Below are positions 7,408-15,454 of a stretch of 35,191 nucleotides of DNA, piece after piece. Source of the stretch: Candidatus Parcubacteria bacterium (lineage in GTDB: Bacteria > Patescibacteriota > Minisyncoccia > UBA6257 > 2-01-FULL-56-20); NCBI GenBank assembly GCA_027449645.1, contig DAIDLF010000028.1:1-35191 (forward strand). The letters run 5' to 3'. The notes under the pieces were generated by a model, which saw only the letters and a list, made by a program, of their open reading frames with translations, did no database searches and had not been told where the DNA came from. Position 1 is the stretch's first letter. Each line of letters starts with the position of its first letter. The position numbers and the translations under genes were made by a program.

Positions 7408-7749
7408 ATGGCCCAAAACCACGCACCAAACAACGAACATCTCTCATCGCCCGAGGCGCCCGCAACGGCACGCGGCGCGAAGACGCCGATGACAACTGCC
7501 GAGCGGCTGACGGTCGCCGATGCGGAGCGCATGGAGACCAATCGCTATGAGATGCTTGAGGTCGTGGAGGGCTACTTGAGCGAACCGTTCAAGAAGTCGG
7601 TGCGCGAGAAGATCCGGCGCGAAAAGGAACGCCTGCTTGCCTTCGTGTCCTATGAGAAGCAGGTGCAGGACGCGGCAAAGAGGATCGTGCGCGTGCTCAA
7701 CCCGGCGTATTTCGTCCATAAGCCGCTCGATAAAACTATGTTCGAATAA
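7408..7749 (+). CDS. Small charged helical hypothetical protein
   Basis: 113-aa ORF filling the gap between the Clp and VirD4-like genes (10 and 30 nt spacers) with host-like codon use. Confidence 0.75.
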   Translation: MAQNHAPNNEHLSSPEAPATARGAKTPMTTAERLTVADAERMETNRYEMLEVVEGYLSEPFKKSVREKIRREKERLLAFVSYEKQVQDAAKRIVRVLNPAYFVHKPLDKTMFE

Positions 7750-7779
7750 AAAAATCGCGCGCGATTAAAAAACACCACC

Positions 7780-9066
7780 ATGTCATCCGTCACCATCGGC
7801 ATCAACGAATTCCGCAACAAGCTGACCTCCATCCAATTCAAGGACGAGGACCGTTTGCGGCACATGTACATGATCGGGAAGACCGGCGTCGGCAAATCGA
7901 CAATCTTCCAAAACATGTGCCTGCAGGACATCAAACAGCACCGCGGCGCGTGCTTCATCGACCCGCATGGCGAATCGATCGACTGGCTGCTCAAGCGCAT
8001 CCCGGCGGACCGCATGGAGGACGTGATCCTTTTCGACCCGAGCGACGCGGAGTTCCCGTTCGGCCTCAACCTGCTCGAGGCGAAGAGCGACTGGGAGCGC
8101 GACTTCCTGGTGAGCGAGGTCATCCAGATCTTCTACAAGCTCTTCGATCCCGACCACACGGGCGTGATCGGTCCCCAGTTCGAACACTGGCTCCGCAACG
8201 CCGCACTCACCGTGATGGCGGGACCGGGCGGCGGCACGATCATCGAGATCCCGCGGCTCTTCGTGGACGCCGGCTTTGAGGCGGAAAAGCGCCGCCACCT
8301 TACCGACCCGCTCGTGATCGATTTCTGGACGAAGCAGATGGCGAAGACCTCCGATTTCCACAAGAGCGAGATGCTCAATTACTTCATGTCCAAGTTCGGC
8401 CATTTCACGAACAACGCGCTCATGCGCAACATCATGGGCCAACATGAAAGCAGCTTCGACTTCGATTCCGTGATGGATGGCCGCAAGATCCTCCTCGTCA
8501 ATCTTTCCAAGGGAAAGATCGGCGAAATGAACGCGCACATCCTCGGCCTGATCCTCGTGGCAAAATTACAGGCCGCCATTTTGCGCCGCGCGCGCCAGAG
8601 CGGCGGCGAGCGCACGCCGTTCTATCTCTACGTGGACGAGTTCCAGAACTTCATTACCGATTCCTTCATCAGTTTGCTCAGCGAGTCGAGGAAGTACGGC
8701 TTAGGCGTGCACCTTACGAACCAATATCTCGCGCAGCTGCCCGCCGCCCTGCGCGATGCCGTGCTGGGCAACGTGGGCACGCTCCTCTCTTTCGAAGTAG
8801 GCGCCGAGGATGCCGAACTGCTCACCAAAGAGTTCGATCCGTTCACCCTGCACGACTTCATCGGCCTGCCCCGGTTCCATTTCTATATAAAACTGATGAT
8901 CGACGGCAAGACGAGCAACGCCTTCTCCGGCGTCGGACTGCCGCCCGAACCGCCCGCACCTGCGAGCGATGCGATCGACGGTGCCGTGGCGATCGTCAAC
9001 CGCCTGGCCTACGGCACGCCGCGCGTGCTCGTGGAAGAGATGATCAGGCGGGAGCTGGCGCAGTAG
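7780..9066 (+). CDS. Soluble VirD4/TrwB/TraG-like (DUF87/HerA-FtsK superfamily) ATPase
   Basis: RLRHMYMIGKTGVGKS (Walker A), FIDPHG, FGLNLLE, ILLVNLSKG, YLYVDEFQ (Walker B), SESRKYGL...NQYLAQL, GNVGT. No TM segment. Confidence 0.92.
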   Translation: MSSVTIGINEFRNKLTSIQFKDEDRLRHMYMIGKTGVGKSTIFQNMCLQDIKQHRGACFIDPHGESIDWLLKRIPADRMEDVILFDPSDAEFPFGLNLLEAKSDWERDFLVSEVIQIFYKLFDPDHTGVIGPQFEHWLRNAALTVMAGPGGGTIIEIPRLFVDAGFEAEKRRHLTDPLVIDFWTKQMAKTSDFHKSEMLNYFMSKFGHFTNNALMRNIMGQHESSFDFDSVMDGRKILLVNLSKGKIGEMNAHILGLILVAKLQAAILRRARQSGGERTPFYLYVDEFQNFITDSFISLLSESRKYGLGVHLTNQYLAQLPAALRDAVLGNVGTLLSFEVGAEDAELLTKEFDPFTLHDFIGLPRFHFYIKLMIDGKTSNAFSGVGLPPEPPAPASDAIDGAVAIVNRLAYGTPRVLVEEMIRRELAQ

Positions 9067-9080
9067 TGCCCTGAAATATT

Positions 9081-10289
9081 TTATTTTTCGGCGTTATAGA
9101 TCTGCTGGATCTCGGATGCGGAAAGGACGCGATTATAAACGCGAAAATCGTCAATGAGGCCTACGAATTGATAGGCCAGAGTGCTGTAATTCCCCATATA
9201 AAGGTTGGGCCCATCAAAAGAGGCCGTACCCGGTGCTGAGGTTTGGCCATCAAGGACCCCATTAGCATAGAGCTTCAGGGAAGCGCCATCATACGTTCCT
9301 ACGATAAAATACCAGATTCCCGGGGTAAGGGTGGTATTCCCTCCAACACTCTGTTGAACGCCATTGATGCGCGCAGAAAAATAATCCTTACCAGCATTAT
9401 CCGCAAGATAAGGAAGAGCAAAACTGGCGAATATCTGCAAACCAGAACTGCTTGCGGGATTGATCCATCCCATCATGGTGAACCCCTGACTCATTGAAAC
9501 ACCCGAGGTGACCCCGTTCGCAAGCACATAGCCCGAGGTAAACTGAAGACAGCTCGATCCGAGTTTACAAGCAGACCCCGATTGCCATGTGGGGAGAGTC
9601 GTCCCCGTGAGTGTTCCGTTGGCTCCATGACCGCTCCAGTCAAGCGTGCTGCTGCCCGATCCTTCATCAAGCGGCCAGTAGCCCACGAGGCCTCGTCCGG
9701 TACTAGGAAAAGTGGAGGCTCCAGACCCTACCTCCGCAAGCGCAGGATCGGCACCTCCCGCGGAACTCGATTTTGCATATTTCATTGATTCCATGAAGGC
9801 AGAGATTCCATATTGGGTGCCGTTCGTGGCATAGGTGTAATAAAGATTGCTTGAGGTTTGGTTTGTGGGATCTACGGGGAGATTGGAAAGAGGGCTGCCT
9901 GCGGAGATAGTGGAGAGGTTCACCGGGATCCAGCCGGTTGAAACCGCGCTGCGATTAGTGGAAGATGCCGCACAATGGTAGGTCCAGGTAGAAGAAGGCA
10001 TACCCAAGCCTTGGCATTGGTCACCGAGAGTAGACGTAGCAGAGGTGTCGAAGGTTGAGATATAGCTGGTGGTAGCCGTGCCAAGAGAAAAACTTGATGC
10101 AGCGGATTGGTCCGTCACATAGAGATTCAAAGCTGAGTTCAGGGTGGCAAGATCGGAGACCCGGTTCGCATCGCGGGATTGGCGCAACAGCTCTGCGGGG
10201 TTCAGGGTCAAAACCACCACGACCGCAAGGATCGCGATGATGGCGATCACGACGAGAAGCTCAATGAGGGTGAAGGCAGAGCGTTTCAT
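9081..10289 (-). CDS. Type IV pilin-like protein with C-terminal LamG/ConA-like lectin domain (copy 2)
   Basis: Prepilin motif MKRSA|FTLIELLVVIAIIAIL, SRDANRVSDL, LPVDP; LamG motifs GLVGYWPLDEGSG, WYFIVGTYDG, FVGLIDDFRVYNRVLS. Confidence 0.93.
   Translation of the reverse strand: MKRSAFTLIELLVVIAIIAILAVVVVLTLNPAELLRQSRDANRVSDLATLNSALNLYVTDQSAASSFSLGTATTSYISTFDTSATSTLGDQCQGLGMPSSTWTYHCAASSTNRSAVSTGWIPVNLSTISAGSPLSNLPVDPTNQTSSNLYYTYATNGTQYGISAFMESMKYAKSSSAGGADPALAEVGSGASTFPSTGRGLVGYWPLDEGSGSSTLDWSGHGANGTLTGTTLPTWQSGSACKLGSSCLQFTSGYVLANGVTSGVSMSQGFTMMGWINPASSSGLQIFASFALPYLADNAGKDYFSARINGVQQSVGGNTTLTPGIWYFIVGTYDGASLKLYANGVLDGQTSAPGTASFDGPNLYMGNYSTLAYQFVGLIDDFRVYNRVLSASEIQQIYNAEK
10174..10277. 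repeat. Near-identical pilin N-terminal coding block, copy A
   Basis: Matches 11434-11537 at an offset of 1260 nt, including identical runs 10174-10199 and 10219-10262. Confidence 0.9.
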
Positions 10290-11570
10290 TTATTTCTCGG
10301 CGTTATAAAGCGCCTGGACTTCTGCCGAAGAAAGCGCGCGGTTATAAAGACGAACGTCATCAATGATGCCTGGGAAAAGATTACTGCCGCCCCGCGATCC
10401 AATCGTGAAGGGAATCGTATTGGCCCCAGGTGGATAGGCCCAAGATACCGGGGCACCCGCAACTCCATCTCGATAGGCAATAACTTGCGTTCCATTGAAA
10501 ACTCCTGTGACGAAATGCCAATTCCCGTCACCAATCGCACCTCCGGTTGCCGTACCGCTGTTGCCATTCGCTCCTGAACGGATATTGAACGTAATACCTC
10601 CCATGTAATAACCCAGATCAAAACCACAGGTTCCCGCGCCGACAGTGCATCCGCCATATTCAGCGCCAATACCGTTATATGACGAATTGGGCACTGGTAT
10701 CCTTATCCATGCCGCAACCGTAAGGTTCCCAACAAGCGCAGTGCTTGCACTGCTCGTAACCATCACATAATTCGTGGTTCCGTCAAAGTTTCCTGCCCAT
10801 CCCCCCACCTTTGCATTGCTCGTATAATGGCTTCCGGCTATCATCGATCCATTCCATGCCCCGTTATTCCCATTGCTCGTCTGGTCGTAAGCGATGGTGC
10901 CAGATCCTTCGTTAAGCGGCCAGTAACCGACGAGACCAGCCGGGTCAAAGAGGGAAGAGACGCTGGGAGTGCCTCCGAAGATGACCTCGGGGAAGAACGT
11001 GTCTTGGGGTAAGGCACCATATTGCGCTTTGTACTTCTGAGATTCAAGGTCGGCAGTGACCACAAACTGGGACCCATTCGTATTATAGCTGTAAAAAAGA
11101 TTGGAACTCGTCTGATTCACGGGATCTACGGGAAGATTGCCCAAAGGAGGGCCGGAGGAGATGTTCGAAAAATTCACCGGAATCCAGCCGGTCGTCGTCG
11201 CGTTGCGATAGGTGGAGCTTGCGGAGCATTGCCAAGATTGTCCAGTGCCTAAAGTAGGGAGAGCGAGGCCCTGGCATTGGTCACCCGCCGTACTCGTGGC
11301 CGAAGAGTCATAGACCGAAGGATAAGTGGCGTTTGCGTTCCCTAACGAGAAGGAAGAGGCCCCTGACTGGTCCGTGACATACAGATTGAGGGCGCTGTTC
11401 AGCGTCGCCATGTCGCTTACCCTATTCGCGTCACGGGATTGGCGCAACAGCTCTGCGGGATTCAAGGTGAGGACCACGACGACCGCAAGGATCGCGATGA
11501 TGGCGATCACGACGAGAAGCTCGATGAGGGTGAAGGCGCGACTTTTGCCGTGCGCATTATAAAATGCCAT
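10290..11570 (-). CDS. Type IV pilin-like protein with C-terminal LamG/ConA-like lectin domain (copy 1)
   Basis: KSRA|FTLIELLVVIAIIAIL, GLVGYWPLNEGSG, WHFVTGVFNG, FPGIIDDVRLYNRALS. Its stop codon abuts the ATG of copy 2. Confidence 0.93.
   Translation of the reverse strand: MAFYNAHGKSRAFTLIELLVVIAIIAILAVVVVLTLNPAELLRQSRDANRVSDMATLNSALNLYVTDQSGASSFSLGNANATYPSVYDSSATSTAGDQCQGLALPTLGTGQSWQCSASSTYRNATTTGWIPVNFSNISSGPPLGNLPVDPVNQTSSNLFYSYNTNGSQFVVTADLESQKYKAQYGALPQDTFFPEVIFGGTPSVSSLFDPAGLVGYWPLNEGSGTIAYDQTSNGNNGAWNGSMIAGSHYTSNAKVGGWAGNFDGTTNYVMVTSSASTALVGNLTVAAWIRIPVPNSSYNGIGAEYGGCTVGAGTCGFDLGYYMGGITFNIRSGANGNSGTATGGAIGDGNWHFVTGVFNGTQVIAYRDGVAGAPVSWAYPPGANTIPFTIGSRGGSNLFPGIIDDVRLYNRALSSAEVQALYNAEK
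11434..11537. repeat. Near-identical pilin N-terminal coding block, copy B
   Basis: Matches 10174-10277. Confidence 0.9.
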
Positions 11571-11593
11571 ATACTTTATTATACCAAACCCCG

Positions 11594-12466
11594 CTATATC
11601 CCGAAGATCCGCTGCGCGTTCGCCCAGATCTGCGCCTTCATTTCGTCCGTGGAAACGCCTTTGAGCTCGGCGAGTTTTGCGACGGTGTGCACCACGAATG
11701 CCGGCTCGTTGCGCTTGCCGCGGAACGGTACGGGTGCCACGTAGGGCGCGTCGGTCTCGGACAAGATGCGGTCGGCCGGGATCGCGGCGATGGCGGCATC
11801 GTAATCGCGCGTAAAGGTGACCACGCCGCCGAAGGTAAAGGAATAACCGAGCTCAAGCAGCGCCCGCGCATCGTCCGGTGTGCCAGTGAAGAAATGGATG
11901 ATGCCGGGCGGCAGGCCGCCGCCGCCGTGCTCGCGCAGGATCGGGATCAGGTCGTGGAACGCGTCGCGACAGTGGATCATGAGCGGCTTCCGCACCTCAC
12001 GCGCGAGGGCGATCTGCGCCAAAAAGGCGTCCTTCTGCTTGCGCACCTGTTCATCGCGCGGTTCGTCGTCGCTGAAATGAAAATAGTCCAGGCCGCATTC
12101 GCCGATGGCGAGCGTCTTCGGGTGCAGCGCGAGCGTACGGTAATAATCGTGATCAAAGACCTCGCCGCGCGACGTGAACGCTTTCGCGGCCTCTCCCCCG
12201 CCGAGCTCCTTCTCGTCGTGGAATGACTTGCTCGTGTGCACCGGATGCAGCCCGATGACGGCATAGACGCCATACTCGATCTCGTCCGCCAGCTCCACGG
12301 CACGGCGCGACGTGTCGCGCTGGGTGCCAACGTTCACCACATAGACATCGGCCTCGCGGGCGTGCGCCAAGACCGCGGCGCGGTCGGCGTCAAACAGCGC
12401 AAACTGCGCATGAGTGTGGGCATCAAGAAAATGCATATCGGAAGATGAAGGTTCCATGGTGAACAT
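11594..12466 (-). CDS. tatD: TatD family deoxyribonuclease
   Basis: DAHTH, IGLHP, AIGECGLDY, IHCRDA, IIHFFTG, ETDAPY, RGKRNEP. The start may be up to 30 nt downstream. Confidence 0.95.
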   Translation of the reverse strand: MFTMEPSSSDMHFLDAHTHAQFALFDADRAAVLAHAREADVYVVNVGTQRDTSRRAVELADEIEYGVYAVIGLHPVHTSKSFHDEKELGGGEAAKAFTSRGEVFDHDYYRTLALHPKTLAIGECGLDYFHFSDDEPRDEQVRKQKDAFLAQIALAREVRKPLMIHCRDAFHDLIPILREHGGGGLPPGIIHFFTGTPDDARALLELGYSFTFGGVVTFTRDYDAAIAAIPADRILSETDAPYVAPVPFRGKRNEPAFVVHTVAKLAELKGVSTDEMKAQIWANAQRIFGI

Positions 12467-12915
12467 CAGGAAACATAACGGACATCCGGATGGAGGAGGT
12501 CCCCTGCGCGGAAATCCTCAGCCAACTGCCGCGGGAGGATCTTTACGTCATCCGCGCCGTCCACCCAGCGGATTTCGGCGATCTCATGGGCGTGGGACCG
12601 GACACGCTCTTCGCAGCCTACGTAATCCCCTCCGTTCTTTATCTCAAAGAAAAACTCCACGGACTGCAGGTCTCCTTCGGTAAAATTGTTGATATACAAC
12701 AGTCTCCCGATCGCGGGCTCCACGCCGAGCTCCTCAACGATCTCCCGGCGGATGCATTCCCTGACGTCCTCTCCCCATTCAAGATGCCCTCCCGGCAGGG
12801 CGGCGTGCGTGATGTTGCCGGGATGCCGGACCACAAGCAGTTTGCGGTCGTGCATGATGATGCCCCGACAGCGGATGGTGAATGTTCTTTCGTGCATGGA
12901 TAGGGATGCCATCAT
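12466..12915 (-). CDS. NUDIX hydrolase
   Basis: Nudix box LPGGHLEWGEDVRECIRREIVEELG. Confidence 0.92.
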   Translation of the reverse strand: MMASLSMHERTFTIRCRGIIMHDRKLLVVRHPGNITHAALPGGHLEWGEDVRECIRREIVEELGVEPAIGRLLYINNFTEGDLQSVEFFFEIKNGGDYVGCEERVRSHAHEIAEIRWVDGADDVKILPRQLAEDFRAGDLLHPDVRYVS

Positions 12916-14384
12916 TTTACCCGGGGGAAAAGCACGTCCGGCTTCGCCGCCGTCACGGTGCCATCGCTGCCGTGCACGATGGCGGCGCGGATCTTCCGCG
13001 ACGCTTCCGGCATGAACGGGGCAAGCTCCTGCGCCACGGCATCCAAAAGCGCGAGCAGGTTTGCGAGTACAGCATAAAGTTCGGCCTCATCCTTGATCTC
13101 CCAGATCTTTTTGTCATTCACATACCGGTCGCCGAAGGCGATTGCGGCCCAGACCGCCGCAAGGGCGTCGCTGAACCTGAACTGCCCGAGCCGCGCCGCC
13201 GCCGTATGGCGCATCGTGCGGATCGCCTCCGCAAATTCGGGCGCAAGCGCGGGACCGCCCGGAGGAATGCCTCCCTGCTGTTTCTCCGCGACGGCAAGCA
13301 CGCGCGCGGCAAAATTGCCGAGGCCGTTCGCCAGGTCGGCATTATAGCGCTCCTTCATCTTCGCTTCGGAAAAATCGCCGTCATCGCCGAACGACACTTC
13401 GCGCAGGAGGAAATACCGCAGGGCATCGTTGCCATAGCGTGCCGCAAGGTCAAGCGGGTCCACCACATTGCCAAGCGATTTGGACATCTTGGTCCCGTCA
13501 ATGGTAAGGAATCCGGTACAGATGACCTGTCCGGGCAGGGGCAGCCCCGCAGACATGAGCATCGCGGGCCAGATCACCGCATGGAACTTCAGGATATCCT
13601 TCGCCATCACGTGGATGTCGGCCGGATGGGCCTCCCATCCTTCCATGCCGACAACCGTAATGTAGTTCACGAGCGCGTCGGCCCACACATAGATGACCTG
13701 GTGCGGATCATTCGGCACCGGGATCCCCCACTCCTTGTTCTCGCGCGAAAAGCTCACGTCCTCCAGGCCGTGTTCCACGAATGCGCGGATATCATTGAAG
13801 CGGTGCGACGGCGCCACAAAGTCGCCGTGCGTCTCGTAAAAATCCAGGAGCTTTTCCTGATAGGCGGACAGTTTGAAGAAATAATTCTCCTCCGTCACGA
13901 GCTCGGGCGCGGTCTTGTGCTCCGGGCAGAGCCCGTCCGGCGTGAGCTCATCCTCTTTCAGGAACGCCTCATGCCCTTTGCAGTACAGCCCCTGATACTG
14001 TCCCTTATAGATGTCGCCTGCCGCCTCCATGCGGCCCCACATATCCCGCACCACCTCGAGGTGCCGCTCCTCCGTGGTCCGGATGAAGTCCGTGTTTGCG
14101 ATGCCGAGCTTCGCCCAGGTGCCGCTCCAGAGCTCCGCCATGCGGTCCAGATAAGCGCCCACCTCTTCGCCCTGCTTTGCCGCGGCATCCACCGTCTTCT
14201 GCGCATTCTCGTCCACTCCCGTGGAAAACACCACATGCTCGCCCTGCGCCTCGCGCCAGCGCGCCAACACGTCCGCCACGATCGTGGAATACGCGTGGCC
14301 GATGTGCGGCTTGTCGTTCACATAATAAATCGGCGTGGTCACATAAAACTCGCCGTGGGTGCCCTGCCGGTCTTGATGGTCCAT
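12912..14384 (-). CDS. metG: Methionine--tRNA ligase (short form without C-terminal tRNA-binding domain)
   Basis: FYVTTPIYYVNDKPHIGHAY, FIRTTE, IYVWADAL, KDILKFHAVIWP, KMSKS. Start placed at ATG 14384. Confidence 0.97.
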   Translation of the reverse strand: MDHQDRQGTHGEFYVTTPIYYVNDKPHIGHAYSTIVADVLARWREAQGEHVVFSTGVDENAQKTVDAAAKQGEEVGAYLDRMAELWSGTWAKLGIANTDFIRTTEERHLEVVRDMWGRMEAAGDIYKGQYQGLYCKGHEAFLKEDELTPDGLCPEHKTAPELVTEENYFFKLSAYQEKLLDFYETHGDFVAPSHRFNDIRAFVEHGLEDVSFSRENKEWGIPVPNDPHQVIYVWADALVNYITVVGMEGWEAHPADIHVMAKDILKFHAVIWPAMLMSAGLPLPGQVICTGFLTIDGTKMSKSLGNVVDPLDLAARYGNDALRYFLLREVSFGDDGDFSEAKMKERYNADLANGLGNFAARVLAVAEKQQGGIPPGGPALAPEFAEAIRTMRHTAAARLGQFRFSDALAAVWAAIAFGDRYVNDKKIWEIKDEAELYAVLANLLALLDAVAQELAPFMPEASRKIRAAIVHGSDGTVTAAKPDVLFPRVK

Positions 14385-14394
14385 ACCAATGATA

Positions 14395-15447
14395 TTACGA
14401 CGAAAGCGGCGATGTGGGCAATGGCGGCGAGCCGGAGTCCCTGCCGGCATGCCGTTTGGTGGACCAGTCCTGGACGACTTCCTGGAACACGGCGGCGGCG
14501 GGCACGGAAATGATCACCCCGAGCATGCCGCCGATCTCGGCCCCTATCAGGAGCGCCACGATGACAATGACCGGATGCAGTCCGACCGAATGCCGCGTAA
14601 GGAGCGGCACCAGGAGATGCGACTCGAACTGCTGGGCCACCAGGAAGAAGATCAGGGTATATACCGCGAGCGACGCGGAAACCGTGAGCGCGGAAACGAT
14701 GGCGATGGCGCCGGAAAGGATGGGTCCGAGGAACGGCACAAGCTCGAAGATCGCGGCGAGCACGCCGATAAGGAAAGCGTATTTCACGCCAAGGAGGGCC
14801 AGGCCCACCCACACGATGCATCCCATGATGAAACTGAGGAACACCTGCATCCGGAACCACGACCCGATGAGCCGCTTCGAGCGCGTATAGATCCGCATGG
14901 TCGTGGCCTCATAATCCGGCGGGGTCACCACCTTGAGAAACCGCTCCACGCCATCATGCCCAAGGCTCAAATAGAACGAGCTCACAATGACGGCGATCGC
15001 GAGGCCGAAGCTCCCGACCGCGCCGGAAAGGAGCGAGAGGGGCGAGGATTGGCCCGCAATGAACTGCTGGGATATCTTGCCGATCACCGCGGTCGCCGAC
15101 TGGGATCCCTGGAAATTCAAAAGGAAGCTCCACGAGCCGAGCGAAGACACGCTCATGCCGGACAGGATCGTGTCGATCTCCACGAGCAGGAACGGCACCA
15201 CGGTGTAGACAATGAGGATGAACGCGATGAGCGCGAGGAGAAAGATGAGGATCACGCTTACGCTCCGCGGCAATTTCACATGCGATTCGAGCAGGTCCAC
15301 AACGCCCTCCAATCCGGATGAGATGACGACCGCAAGGAAAAGGCCGAGCAGGATCTGCCGGCCCTGATACAGGACGCCCACAAGCACCGCGAAGACGAGG
15401 ATCTTCCACAGCATGCCCCAGGAAATATCGATGGCCTTGTTTCCCAT
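14395..15447 (-). CDS. AI-2E (PerM) family transporter
   Basis: Multi-TM protein with ELVPFLGP, QQFESHLLVP, VGLHPVIVIVALLIGAEIGG..G..ISVP. Confidence 0.93.
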   Translation of the reverse strand: MGNKAIDISWGMLWKILVFAVLVGVLYQGRQILLGLFLAVVISSGLEGVVDLLESHVKLPRSVSVILIFLLALIAFILIVYTVVPFLLVEIDTILSGMSVSSLGSWSFLLNFQGSQSATAVIGKISQQFIAGQSSPLSLLSGAVGSFGLAIAVIVSSFYLSLGHDGVERFLKVVTPPDYEATTMRIYTRSKRLIGSWFRMQVFLSFIMGCIVWVGLALLGVKYAFLIGVLAAIFELVPFLGPILSGAIAIVSALTVSASLAVYTLIFFLVAQQFESHLLVPLLTRHSVGLHPVIVIVALLIGAEIGGMLGVIISVPAAAVFQEVVQDWSTKRHAGRDSGSPPLPTSPLSS

Positions 15448-15454
15448 ATACCAC

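Noticed and set aside
3563-9066. Conjugative or integrative element around the VirD4-like gene
   Set aside because: No relaxase, integrase, VirB4/pilus genes or flanking att repeats seen; the ATPase genes have host-like codon use.
9081-11570. Diversity-generating retroelement or shufflon acting on the pilins
   Set aside because: No reverse transcriptase or recombinase nearby; differences between copies are not adenine-specific, and both copies are intact genes in direct orientation.
14385-14450. Upstream in-frame extensions given by the ORF track for metG, and likewise rplJ, the M16 peptidase, tktC and rpiB
   Set aside because: They overlap neighbouring genes or leader RNA; internal ATGs match the family N-termini and the promoter spacing.
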